The notes under the pieces: model-generated | The model's database searches: none | Seen by the model: only the letters and a program-made list of their open reading frames with translations | Told to the model about the DNA's origin: nothing | Part shown: piece after piece, positions 24,476 to 36,648 of the stretch | Layout: the number at the start of each line of letters is the position of its first letter | Position numbering within the stretch: position 1 is the first letter of the stretch | Program-made: the position numbers and the translations under genes | From: Dictyostelium discoideum | Lineage: Eukaryota | DNA: 64,000 bases | Reading direction: 5' to 3' | NCBI GenBank assembly: GCA_000004695.1 | Contig: CM000151.3 | Location: 7,840,001-7,904,000, forward strand

Positions 24476-27400
24476 AGAAGATAATAATTTAGCAAAAGAT
24501 AATATTTTAAAAGATTTTGATAATAATGATAATAGCAATGATAATAATAATTTAACAAAATCAACAGATGAAAATAAAGAACAAGAACAAGTTAAAAGAA
24601 GATTATCATTTCAAAATTTAGATAATCATCCAATGAATACAGTTTCAAAGAATCAAGCACATAATGCATACACTTTTCAAGCCTATGATCAAAAAGATGT
24701 TAGAACAGGAGCATATCCAAAATTATCCATTGATTTATTTGGTACTTCAAAAGAGATTCCACAAATTTTTCATGAGATGAAACAACAAATTGGTGAAAAG
24801 CGTGCCAATAGACCATCATCACCAACTCAATACCTCTCCACGATTCAATCATCGACAACAACCGTTCAAAAACAACAAGCTAAATCTTTTGCTGAAACTT
24901 TATCAATTAAAGATATTTTCAATCAACCACCACCATCAACAGCTACACCAGCATCTACATCGACTTCAAGTACAACTACAATTGGTAAAGGTGAGAATCA
25001 TAATGCAATTATTCAAGGTGCAGATGTTGTAATACCACCAACTAAAAAAGAGATATCAGGAGGTGAACATACTCCAATCGAAATGAAACCAATGGGTCAA
25101 ACCGCTGAATTATCTAAAAAGGATAAATCTGCAACCAAACAAAAAGCTTCCGAATATGATGTTAATGAACATGAACTAACACTTGAACAAATTTCTGAAA
25201 AATTTTCAACAAATATTAATTCAAATGATCCATCATTATCATCTGTAAATATTTTTTTAAAATTATATTTACCAATTTTAAAAATAGAAATATCATATTA
25301 ACTTTTTTTTTTTTTTATTTTTTTTTTTTAAAAAAAAAGGGTTTAACACAATCATTAGCAAATGAATTATTAATTAGAAATGGTAAAAATATATTAAAAC
25401 CACCAAAAGAGGTACCATGGTATGTTCAATTAGGAAAATGTTTTACAAATTTCTTTATGATACTTTTAGAAGTTGCAGGAGCATTATGTTTTTTAGCTTA
25501 TGGATTGGATAGAAATCAAAGGGTAAATTTATATTTGGCATGCGTTTTATATGCAATTGTAATATTTACATGTTTATTAACATTCTCACAAGAGCGTCAA
25601 ACTGGTAACATTATGAAATCATTTAAGAATCTTTTACCACAATCATGTCGTGTTATTCGTGATGGTTCAGAGACCAAAGTCAAGGTGGAGGATATTGTAG
25701 TTGGTGATATTGTAATGTGTCAAGCTGGTGATAAAGTACCTGCCGATATTCGTATTATCACATGTAATGGTATGAAAGTGGATAATTCATCATTGACTGG
25801 TGAGAGTGATGCCCAATCTTGTACTGTTACATGTACCGATGATAATCCATTGGAGACTCATAATCTTGCTTTCTGTGGTACATTGGTTATGGATGGTTCA
25901 GCTCGTGGTGTTGTAATTAGAACTGGTTCAAATACATTGATTGGTAAAATCGCAGATTTAGCATCAAATACAGAACAAACCGAAACAACATTACAAATCG
26001 AAATTAAAAGATTCGTTCATTTCATCACTGCATTGGGTATCACTATGGGTTTGATCTTCTTTATCATTGGTTTCGCAGTTGGTATTGATTCAATTCAAAA
26101 TTTAATTAATGTGTTGGGTTTAATTGTTGCAAATGTACCAGAGGGTTTACCATCAACTATTACAGCTTGTTTAACGGTTACAGCACGTCGTTTGTCAAGA
26201 AGAAATGTTTATAGTAAGAAATTGGAATCCATTGAAACATTAGGTTCAATTACATTGATTGCATCAGATAAAACAGGTACTCTCACTCAAAATCGTATGA
26301 CCGTTAGCCATATGTGGTATGACAATACCATTGTTAGAGCCATTGAAAATGGTGGTACCATTGGTCGTCAGTTATTCGATATTGGTACACCAACTTGTGC
26401 AGCATTATTAAATGTAGGTGCTTGTTGTAATCGTGCAGATTTCGATAGATTATTAGAGGGTAATATGGAAAGACCAATTGAAAATCGATTAATTCTTGGT
26501 GATGCTTCAGAGAGTGCAATTCTTCGTCTTTGTCATACAATTGAAGATATTGAAATTACTCGTGCTAAAAATCCAAAAGTTTTTGAAATCCCATTCAATT
26601 CAACAAATAAATGGCAACTTTCAATTCATAAACTACCAAATGATCAACCACAATCAAATACTTCTACCGCTAGAATATTGTATATGAAAGGTGCACCAGA
26701 GATTATCTTTGAAAAATGTTCAAAACTTATGATTAATGGTAAAGAATTGGAAATTGATGAAAAGATAAAGAATGATTTCATTCAAGCATATGAAGCATTG
26801 GGTAGTATGGGTGAAAGATGTTTAGGTTTCGCTCAATTATTATTAGATAATGAAAATACCGTACCAAATGATATGTATGATGCTCAAACTTTAAATTTCC
26901 CAATGACAGGTTTAACATTTGTTGGTTTATGTTCATTATTAGATCCACCAAGAGAAAATGTACCATTTGCAGTTCATCAATGTAAAACAGCTGGTATTAA
27001 AGTTATTATGGTCACTGGTGATCATCCAATCACTGCTAAAGCTATCGCTAAAAAAGTTGGTATCATCTCCTCACCAACTGCCGAAGATATAGCATTGGAA
27101 AGAGGTATTCCACTCTCACAAGTCGATGATAATGAAGTTAAAGCTGTGGTTTTACATGGTGGTCAAATTCGTGAACTAACTGATGCAGATTGGGACCGTG
27201 TCCTAAGTAAGAGTGAAATTGTTTTCGCAAGAACTTCACCTCAACAAAAAAGTCAAATCGTAGAAAATGCTCAAAAAAGAAAAGAAGTAGTTGCTGTAAC
27301 TGGTGATGGTGTAAACGATTCACCAGCTTTAAAGAAAGCAGATATTGGTGTTGCTATGGGTATTGTAGGTAGTGATGTTGCAAAAGAAACTGCCGATATC

Positions 27401-28216
27401 ATTTTATTGGATGATAATTTCGCATCAATTGTAGCTGGTATCGAAGAAGGTAGAATCATTTTCGATAATTTAAAGAAATCCATCGCTTATACACTCTCTC
27501 ATGCAGTTCCAGAGGTAGCACCATTCCTTTTAAATATTATTTCAGGTATTCCATTGGCAATAACATCATTCTTAATTCTTTGTATCGATTTGGGTACAGA
27601 AATGGCACCTGCAATCTCTTTGGCTTATGAAACTGGTGAAAAGGATATTATGAGTCGTAAACCACGTGTTTTAGGTAAAGATCATTTAGTAACTACAAAT
27701 CTCTTATCTTATAGTTATCTTCAAGCTGGTCCAATCGAAGCTATCATTTCATTCTTAAATTTCTTCTTGGTATTGGCTCATCATGGTTTCCCACCTCATT
27801 CTCTTCCAGGAACTACAAATGATTACTTTTTTGAAGGTTGTGGTAAGTATTTAGGTTTCGAATCGGATTATCAAGTTGAAGCTCTTCGTCAAGCTCAAAC
27901 CGCTTATTTTATGACTTTGGTAACTTGTCAATTCTTTAATCTAATAACTAATAGAACTCGTGTCGTTCCTTTGTGGTCTCATAAAATTTTAAGTAATTGG
28001 TATATCAATATTGGTTTAGTTATTGAAGCTGGTATTTGTGCTTTTGTTGTATACACTCCATTCGTTCATACAATTATCGAATCAGCTTCTGTACCAGGTT
28101 TATTTTGGGCTTATCCACTTCCAATGATATTTTGTCTTTTTAGTTGGAATGAAATTCGTAAACGTATAGCCTATGATAGACCAGATTGGAAAATTTCTTC
28201 ATCATTAGGTTTTTAA
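24423..28216 (+). CDS. P-type ATPase type IIC (Na+/K+- or H+/K+-ATPase alpha-subunit-like) with an Asn-rich N-terminal extension, 2 exons, about 1232 aa
   Basis: Exon 1 is 24423..25244 (low-complexity N-terminus, ends ...NDPSLSS|GTAAAT). Exon 2 is 25340..28216 and starts GLTQSLANELLIRNGKNILKPPKEVPWYVQLGKCF (the alpha-subunit N-terminal motif). Signature motifs are 'DKTGTLTQNRMTV', 'VANVPEGLPSTITACL', 'VAVTGDGVNDSPALKKADIGVAMGI' and 'KGAPE'. It may be the ionA-type gene of D. discoideum. Confidence 0.85.
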
Positions 28217-28354
28217 AAAACAATTAAAGAAATTCAATTCTAATAAAAAAAAAAAAAAATAATAATATATAATAAAAATTCAAATTTATAAATTTAATGT
28301 AGTATTAATTTACATTATAGTTTTATAAATTTTAAAAATCGACACATATTAAAA

Positions 28355-28362
<8 letters not shown>

Positions 28363-28440
<78 letters not shown>

Positions 28441-28443
28441 TTA
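28363..28443. repeat. (TTTA)n microsatellite, about 20 units
   Basis: Direct observation of tttatttattta... between the ATPase 3' end and the next gene. Confidence 0.9.
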
Positions 28444-28962
28444 TATCGATTTAAAAGATAACTTATTGATGGTGATGGTCTTAGTTTTAATTGAATTAAA
28501 ATTTGAATTGGATTTGGCATTAAACCAATTGATTCAATTAAATAATCTACCAAATCTAAATAATTATTTTCCATTGCAATTAAAGTTAATTCGACTAATC
28601 TGGGAACTTGTAAACAATTTAAACTTTTATTATTATTATTAATTGATTTTGCATTTTTAAATATAAAAGAATATTTTTCATTTAATAGTTGTAAAATTAA
28701 TAAATGACCATTCTTTACAGCACTCTCAAGTAAATGAATTAAATATTTTGTTGGTGTTTTACTTTGTTCATTTTGATAATATTTTGACATAAATTCATCA
28801 ATTAATAAAAGATCACATTTTTTACCCAATTCTTTTAATAATAATGATGATAAATCTATATTTTTATCAAGCAATTTAAATAATTCTAATTTTTCATTTA
28901 AATAATATAAATAAATTATATTATTTTTAAATTGTTGTTGTAAATTATTATTTAATTCATCA

Positions 28963-28994
<32 letters not shown>

Positions 28995-30935
28995 GTTATT
29001 ATTAAAATCAATTAAACCAATATCAATATATTTTGAAAATGAATGATTTCTAAAATTATTATTATTATTTAATCTAAGAAATGTACAACTATAACCTTTT
29101 TCATGTAAAAATTTTAAAACATTTTTTGATAATTTTTCATCATTCATTATTGAATAATCATTTTTTGAAACAATTGAAAACTTTTCAAAACATTCCATTA
29201 AATCAAATCTTTCTCTATATAATAATGATTGATAATTAAAATTGAAATCTTTTTTATTTTGACATAAATAAGTTAACACTTTAGTTGATTCAACAAATTG
29301 TAAGAAATTATTTGAAATAATATGTTTTGATTTATTAATTCCAATACCATAAATTAACATTAAATGATGAATAAATTGTATGATTTCTAAATCATCATTT
29401 TTTAAAGCCAATTTAAATATATAATCTTTTTCTTGATAACAATTTATATGATATAAAAATGTTTGTAAAAATATTCTTTGTTTTTCTTTATCATTTAAAC
29501 AATATTTAAATAATTTTAAATTTTCATTAATTTCAAAATTATTATTATTATTATTATTATTTTTATTTTTTGATAGTAATGATGATGATGATAATAATGA
29601 TAATGATGATGTTAAAGATATTGAAGCCTTATAATTTATTTTTTGAGATGATATTATTTCTAATAATGCTTCAGAATTACCATATTCAATACAAAATTCA
29701 ATACCTTTTTGTAATTTAATTTTTTGATTTAAATTTGATAAATAATTTAATTGATTATATTTAATTGAATATTCAAGTTGATTTAAAATTTGATTCTGAA
29801 ATCTAAAACAACATAATTCTTGTAAATCAATAATATAAATTTCAATCAATTGTTTAATATCTTGATTTTCAAATGGATAACTTGATAATGGTTTATCATC
29901 ATTTATCGTGGTTGGTAAATTTAATTTTTTAATTTTTTCAATATTCGATTTATCATCAATTCTTAAATATCTTTCTAAAATTGATAATGAGAATTTAATA
30001 TACTTTTTTAATTGATCTACTGTGCAATCAAATAATTTATCCATACATGAAAAACTAAGACTATTTTGATCTACTATAATTTTATCATTCAAATAAAGTT
30101 TATCAAATAGCTCTAAATCTAATTCCAAATAAATTGATGTATCAAATTGACTTGGTTCACATTTACTTAAATCAATATTTACTTCATTTAATAAATAATT
30201 TGCAATTTCATTATAATTTTTATTTTTATTTTCTTTTGATTCAAATAAATTCTTTAATAATTCTTTTTCTGAATAATTTTTTGAAATTTCTAAATTTTCA
30301 TTATTAAATAAAAATTTTAAAATTTTTAAATTAGTACCATTTTTAATTGATAAATCAATTAATGATGAATTATTTAAAAATTTATAATTAAAATCTGAAT
30401 CATTAATTATAATTTTTAATAATTCAATATTATTTGAAATACATAATTCTTCACATAATGTTTCAGATTTATGAATTAAATGTCTTTTATAATTTTTAAT
30501 TAAATTATTATAGAAATTATTTGAAATTATTGTATCACCATTTATAGTTTCAAATAAATCTTGAATTTTAAAATTTTTTGAAAATGTTAAATAACAATTT
30601 TGTTTAACTTTATCTATTAATAATTCTATAAAGTTATTTTTTAACATATAATCAACTGAATGAATTTCATGATATTTTTTATTTCTTGTAAATTTTTCTT
30701 TTAAATTATTTAAAATATTTATTAAAATATATTTATTTCTCCAAATTTTCCAAAATAAAATTTCTTTTTTTTCATCAGTTATTAAATTTAATGTAGTTGA
30801 TGATTCTTCATTTATTATTTTAATTATTTCATTTTTATTATTTTTAAAATTTAATTGTTCAATAATATTATTATTTAAATTATTAATTATAATATTTCTA
30901 TTACAACTTGTGCATGTAATATCATTTATTATCAT
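28434..30935 (-). CDS. Hypothetical 833-aa Asn/Ile/Leu-rich protein
   Basis: Single long ORF with an ATG at 30935 and Dictyostelium composition. There are N-runs but no family-diagnostic motif I can assert. Confidence 0.45.
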
Positions 30936-31724
30936 TTTTATTTTTATTTATTTGTTAATTATTTTTTATTTATTTTATTTTTAAAATTATTTAATAGTTC
31001 TCTTTTTATAAACTTTTTTATTTTTTTAATTTTTTTTTAATTTTATTTAATACAAATATTAATTTTTAAATTTATTTTATTTAAAATATTTAAATAAATA
31101 AAAAAAAAAAAAAAAAATAAATTTATCTGAAGATGTGGAGTTGTAATACAGAAAAAAAAAAAATAACAATTTTATTATTGTTTAATATCGGGTTATTAAT
31201 GTTAAAATAATTTAATTAGTGTTTAATTCGTATATTATATTTTTTTTTTTTATTCAATTAATTAAATTTTTTTTTTTTTTATATTTTATTTTTATTTTAT
31301 TTTATTTTTATTTTTTTTTAATTAAATATTACCAACACACCAAACAATTATTGTGAAAATAAATAAAAAAAATAAAAAAAATAAAAAAAATAAAAAAAAA
31401 CAAAAATAAAAAATTGGTTTGTGTGAAATTTCAAAATAAGTTTTATTATAATAACCATTTTATTAGATTTTTTTTTTTTTAAAATAAAAATAATTTTTTT
31501 TGGTATAAATTCTTACTATTGCCGGTATATTATTTTTTGGTATAAATTCTTACTATTGTCTGTGTATTATTTTTTTTGATATTGACCAGTTATTATCCTG
31601 ATGTAATAAATTGATTTAAAAGTAACTGTGTTTTTTTATTTTAAAAAAAAAAAAGTAAATTAAAATACAATAGGGAGTTTTATCTTTTTTCATCATTATT
31701 GTAAAACCTCATTCGGAGTCGAAC

Positions 31725-31735
31725 CTATGATCTTT
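31725..31735 (-). promoter_or_regulatory. External B box (exB) downstream of tRNA-Leu
   Basis: GGTTCGACTCC on the minus strand, about 20 bp past the 3' end of tRNA-Leu. It is the same 11-mer as downstream of tRNA-Val. Confidence 0.5.
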
Positions 31736-31754
31736 AGATGATAGGAAAAAGTAT

Positions 31755-31837
31755 TGCAAGAGGCGAGATTCGAACTCGCGAACCGAATGGATGAGATCTT
31801 AAGTCACACGGATTTAACCAGACTTTCCTACCCTTGC
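31755..31837 (-). tRNA. tRNA-Leu (anticodon UAA), type II
   Basis: Minus-strand cloverleaf. Acceptor GCAAGGG/CTCTTGC (one G-U pair). D-stem GGA/TCC with a GGTTAAA loop. Anticodon loop CTTAAGA (T33, TAA at 34-36, A37). Long variable arm. T-arm GCGAG-TTCGAAT-CTCGC. Discriminator A. The anticodon stem has one T-T mismatch and the variable-arm pairing is weak, so function is not guaranteed. Confidence 0.65.
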
Positions 31838-31885
31838 TTTGATGTTTTTAGTGTAATAAAGCTTGTTAGCTTTATAAATATATAT

Positions 31886-32188
31886 CGCGTAGCAAAATTT
31901 TCAAAAAAAAAGCAAAAAATAATCAGATCGAAAAAAACAAACAACAACAACAATCTCTTTTTTTGATTATTTCATTTTTCATATAAAAAAGACTTAAAAA
32001 ACAAATAAATAAATAAATAAACTATTTTAAAAAGCCATCTTTTTACTTTATTGTAATTTATTATTTGTTTCGTTTTGAGAATTTTGCGTAGCAAAATTTT
32101 CAAAAAAAAAGCAAAAAATAATCAGATCGAAAAAAACAAACAACAACAATCTCTTTTTTTGATTATTTCATTTTTCATATAAAAAAGA

Positions 32189-32224
<36 letters not shown>

Positions 32225-33931
32225 GGAACCCAAGTTAATCAGAAAATTTCCAGATTTTTAACTTTTTAAAGAAAAATAAAAAAAATAGAAAGAAAATAAG
32301 ATGAAAATCACAAACAACACCACAAATATTAAGCAACACAAATGCCTACAAAAAATAAGCGAAATTGTGGATAAAACTCAATTAAAAAAAAAACAATTCA
32401 AATACGTCATAAACATCAATCACGAACCAGACGATAAAATAAAAAAAGATTTAGAAAAAAGTTTGGACAAAAAAGATGTTTTAATCAAAAGTAATAATAC
32501 ATTCAAAATTCTCACAGACAGTATTAGTACAGTAATCTATTTTGTAAATATGTTTGATGCAGAATTAAAAGGACAATTTATAACCACTATAAGACCAAAA
32601 AATATGTATACAGATTTTGATTGGTATAAATCACTCACAGAAATAGAATGGGTAATAGAAAATGAAGGATGTAAACTAATTAAATTAGAAATTAAAGGCG
32701 AAACTCTAATTATCAAAACAGTGAAAAGAGTCGTAGAAGAATTTGACACTATCATTGAACTAGACAATCTAACATTAATTGGACACTCCAACAAAGGATG
32801 GAGAGATCAAACCTCATTACCAGAAAATCAAGAAGAAAACAAAAATAAAAAACAATCAGATGAACAACAACCACAATCTACATCAGAACAAATACCAAAA
32901 CAAGGAAAAAGAACAATCATTATCCCACCAATCACATCCTCATCTAATGATAAAACATTTATGGCCCTAGATGATACAGCTCAAAAGGTAATAGAAGCAT
33001 CACTAGAAAACGTAGATGAACTAACAAGAATAGAGAATGAGATCAATACACAATCGATAAACAATCAAGAAATTAAAACAAAATCAGAAAAACCTATCGA
33101 ACCACCATCTCCATACAATACACCAATAAAACAACACGGCGAAACAAAGGGACTAACAACGGAAGAAAAACTTAGAGAGGCAAATGATATCTTCGACTTC
33201 ACCAGCCCAAACACTGATGCAATAAGAAAAATAGAATTCCCACTTTCAATCCCTTCAAATCAATGGTTCTTCTCCTCTCCAATAAAACATATCATGAGTT
33301 TCAGCCCAACCTATGGTACACCATCGAAAATTATCGATTCACCAAGTAAATTGTTAAACACACCAAAAAAGAAACAACAAGACAAAACAAACAAGACCAA
33401 CAAAACACCAGTCAAACCAAAATTGGGTGAATATGGACAAAAAAGCATAAAAACAAAAATGGATGAAGATATAGACAACTTCAACAAGGAAATTCTAAAA
33501 CAAATCAATAAATCAAAAAACCCCACAAACACACAAGACCAACAACACAACGAACAAAGTAAAGATCAGTTAGAAGACAAAATAAACCAGAAACTTCAAA
33601 AGGTAGATAAAAATCTACCCCAAATAAAACTATAAAGAAAAACACAATAAGAATAGGTGTTTGGAACATCCAAGGATCCAACACCATCCAATCTGCCAGC
33701 ATAATAAACACCGTTTTAGACAACAACAAGCTGGACGCAGCACTTCTAACTGAAACAAATATAAAAACAAATAAAATTTACTCAATAAATCAACAATATA
33801 AAAACAAAATAACACACCACGCACCAATTGATAAAACAGGACAAGGGGTGTCACAAATCATCATCAACACCCGCAATAGAACTTCCTAAACATCTCAAAA
33901 AATACAATAATTCACTCAGTACTTTCTATAA

Positions 33932-33989
<58 letters not shown>

Positions 33990-34311
33990 CAAGTTAATCA
34001 GAAAAATAAAAAAGATAGAAAGAAAATAAAATGAAAATCACAAACAACACCACAAATATTAAGCAACACAAATGCCTACAAAAAATAAGCGAAATTGTGG
34101 ATAAAACTCAATTAAAAAAAAAACAATTCAAATACGTCATAAACATCAATCACGAACCAGACGATAAAATAAAAAAAGATTTAGAAAAAAGTTTGGACAA
34201 AAAAGATGTTTTAATCAAAAAGACCCTGTAAAAAAAAAAAATAAATAAAATGAGATCTAGCATCTCAAGGAGAAGCAAATAATAATTGCGTTATCCAATT
34301 CAAAAAAAAAA
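31886..34311 (+). mobile_element. TRE5-A (DRE) non-LTR retrotransposon, ORF2-deleted variant (TRE5-A.2-like), 48 bp upstream of tRNA-Leu, divergently oriented
   Basis: A-module tandem units (199-bp period) at 31886..~32200. B-module cctgggaacccaagttaatcag.. follows. Intact ORF1 is at 32301..33635. ORF2 is reduced to its first 9 and last about 20 codons (junction at 33872/33873). Then come poly(A), B-module tail + ORF1' (first 66 codons) + terminal C-module ...ttgcgttatccaattc + A10. A 15-bp TSD 'tttataaatatatat' lies at 31871..31885 and 34312..34326. The distance from the tRNA 5' end (31837) is 48 bp. Confidence 0.85.
32301..33635 (+). CDS. TRE5-A ORF1 protein (444 aa)
   Basis: Intact ORF. 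It is 98-99% identical to the ORF1 copies at 39581..40915 and 42048..43382. Confidence 0.85.
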   Translation: MKITNNTTNIKQHKCLQKISEIVDKTQLKKKQFKYVININHEPDDKIKKDLEKSLDKKDVLIKSNNTFKILTDSISTVIYFVNMFDAELKGQFITTIRPKNMYTDFDWYKSLTEIEWVIENEGCKLIKLEIKGETLIIKTVKRVVEEFDTIIELDNLTLIGHSNKGWRDQTSLPENQEENKNKKQSDEQQPQSTSEQIPKQGKRTIIIPPITSSSNDKTFMALDDTAQKVIEASLENVDELTRIENEINTQSINNQEIKTKSEKPIEPPSPYNTPIKQHGETKGLTTEEKLREANDIFDFTSPNTDAIRKIEFPLSIPSNQWFFSSPIKHIMSFSPTYGTPSKIIDSPSKLLNTPKKKQQDKTNKTNKTPVKPKLGEYGQKSIKTKMDEDIDNFNKEILKQINKSKNPTNTQDQQHNEQSKDQLEDKINQKLQKVDKNLPQIKL

Positions 34312-34326
34312 TTTATAAATATATAT

Positions 34327-34560
34327 AATTAATAATTATATAATTGAATAATACTTTGTTATCTTTATTTAATATTAGTTTATATTTATAATATTCAATA
34401 TTGTTTATAAAATTATTCTTTAGTATTTATATTATTTATAATGAGTTGACAGTATTATTATTATTATTATTATTATATTATTTAAATGTGTGTCAACTAT
34501 AATTAGTAATGTAATATGCATATTTAATATCTATTAATTTTATAGAGTAACTTTATTACA
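34327..34560 (-). repeat. 3' LTR of the DGLT-A-like element (major part; its first 34 bp lie at 31852..31885, displaced by the TRE5-A.2 insertion)
   Basis: Sequence identity with 36683..36916. Its continuity with 31852..31885 is established by the 15-bp TRE5 TSD 'tttataaatatatat' at 31871..31885 and 34312..34326. Confidence 0.8.
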
Positions 34561-34572
34561 TATCCCCCCCTT

Positions 34573-35183
34573 TTAGTTGAAAATTTTTTTCAATCTTTCA
34601 ATATTGACTACTTTATGATCTCTAAGATTACCCATATCTAATTTGAATGTAACATCGCTAACTTTTTCTTGAACTTTAAAAGGACCTCTCCAAGGTTTAT
34701 AGAATTTCTTTGGACCAATAGAAGTTTGTGAATATGGTGTATGTAAATAAACAAAATCACCTGTTTGAATATTTGTTGGACGACGACCTTTATCATAATT
34801 TGTTTTTTGTAATTCTTGAGCTTTATCGAGATTATTCTTTGTAAACCAAAAGGCACGTTTAAGATTATTATTTACGGATTGTGCATAATTATCAGCGAAA
34901 TCTAATCTTAGTGAATTTGTACATGGATTTCTTATTAATGGTTGAATTGAAGTTATTTGTGATTTAATTATTGAATTCTCTGTTTGATTTAATGATATTG
35001 ATTTTAATGGTAAATTTGATGTTATTGGTGAATCTATTGGTTCTTGGAATAAGAATTCTGGAATATCGTAATCTATTGGTAGTTGTTCTTCAATAGTTGG
35101 ATACGATTTGATTGATAGTATATGATGAGAATTAAAATTTTCAATTAAATGATCAGTATCTGTTAATAATTCTGATTTTGATG

Positions 35184-35217
<34 letters not shown>

Positions 35218-36469
35218 TGAATAATCAGATACTGTTTTAAATATAGTTTGTATACATGGTTGGGTTTCTTTAGATATTAATTTGGTACCAACATTGAATT
35301 CAAGATTCTTAATGATCATTTCTTTAAAATCAATTACTAAATTTAATCCAATTATTGTATCAATGCCAAATATACAATCAATTGATGTATCATTATCTTT
35401 AACAACATTAACTTTAACTCTAGCGAATGCTTTACCTAATTTAATTGTTGTGTTACTTATTCCAATGATTTTGATTTCATTATTTGATGCTGATTTAACA
35501 GAATATTGTTTATTTTCAATCTTTAATTTTAACTTTTTAGCAATACTTTCCCAAACAATAGTAAGTGATGAACCAGTATCAATCAAACCTCTAACATTTT
35601 TATTATTTATTAATAAAGCTGCATTCATACTATCTATTCCGATTGAATTAATTGTACTATTATTGACCATTGTAATTGAATTAGTTCTATTATTGTAATT
35701 GTTATTATTATTTTTATCTTTTGACCAACACTCTTGAATTACATGACCTTTCTTTTTGCAGTATTTACAAAATTTTGTGATTGAATTTACTTGATTTTGT
35801 GGTGCTTTATAAGGGGATGATTGTGGTGAATATGTTTGATTTTTATAAATTGGAGTTGCTAATACTTCAGTTTCAGTAGATTGTTCAGTTTGAGATGTAA
35901 CGTACTGTGGTGATGTTGTATAACCAGATCTAGAACCAAGATACTTTTGAGTTCCAAATTCTTGTAATGTTTTTGCAACCAATTGACCAGTATACATTGA
36001 TCTACCTCTCATACGAATTGAACCATCTTCACAAGACTTTGCAATATCTATTGCTCTTTTTAATGATTTTGGTGCACATTTTGTAATTTCAATACCCAAT
36101 TCAGTACCAACAGCTGAATAAAACAATTGTATTTTAAACTTTTCTGAAATATCAACTGCTGAACATTTTGATAGAAATTTACCAATTAATATATCTAATG
36201 TATTGTATTTATATTCTCCCAACTTTGTTAATTCTGTTAAATCATCACTATCACCAATATCAAAAGCATCTTTAAGATCTTCAATTATCTCCATTGCTGT
36301 TAAGTCTGTATCCAATGTTGCGGCATATTCCAATGCATTGTTTCTTAGTTTTCTAATAATATCAGCTTTCGATATTTCCTCGCCATGAATTAGTAAGAGT
36401 AAGTGTTTGAATTTACGAAATGATAAACCTTTTCCATCGCCCGAAAAAATTATGTTTTCATTATTATTC

Positions 36470-36471
<2 letters not shown>
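34573..36471 (-). CDS. Gag-protease-(delta RT/RNaseH/IN core)-integrase C-terminus fusion ORF of the deleted DGLT-A-like element (632 aa)
   Basis: CCHC knuckle 'KFCKYCKKKGHVIQEC'. Protease active site 'LIDTGSS'. The C-terminus 'KAQELQKTNYDKGRRPTNIQTGDFVYLHT...KKFYKPWRGPFKVQEKVSDVTFKLDMGNLRDHKVVNIERLKK' is typical of a Ty3/gypsy integrase C-terminal domain. No RT (YxDD) or RNase H is present, yet the frame is retained across the deletion. Confidence 0.7.
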
Positions 36472-36539
<68 letters not shown>

Positions 36540-36635
36540 TATTAAATTAAATTTAATCTAATGTACAATTTTAATTGATTGAATAATTTGATAACTTTAT
36601 ATTTATAGTATATTTTTTTTTTTTTTTTTGAAAGA

Positions 36636-36646
36636 CGATGTCGCCA
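36636..36646 (-). other. Primer-binding site of the LTR element, complementary to the 3' end (+CCA) of tRNA-Ser(AGA)
   Basis: The plus strand reads cgatgtcgcca, which is the acceptor 3' strand CGATGTC + discriminator G + CCA of the tRNA-Ser gene at 38701..38782. On the element's sense (minus) strand this is TGGCGACATCG, 2 nt after the LTR end ...TTACA. Confidence 0.75.
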
Positions 36647-36648
36647 AA

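Noticed and set aside
31886-32200. Regularly spaced direct repeats that might suggest a CRISPR-like array
   Set aside because: They are 199-bp tandem A-module units of a eukaryotic non-LTR retrotransposon. There is no repeat-spacer architecture, and the context is eukaryotic.
34031-34231. 66-90-aa ORFs 'MKITNNTTNIKQHK...' at 34031, 41309 and 46964
   Set aside because: They are the duplicated first about 66 codons of TRE5-A ORF1 embedded in the element's 3' region (B'/C-module). They are not independent genes.
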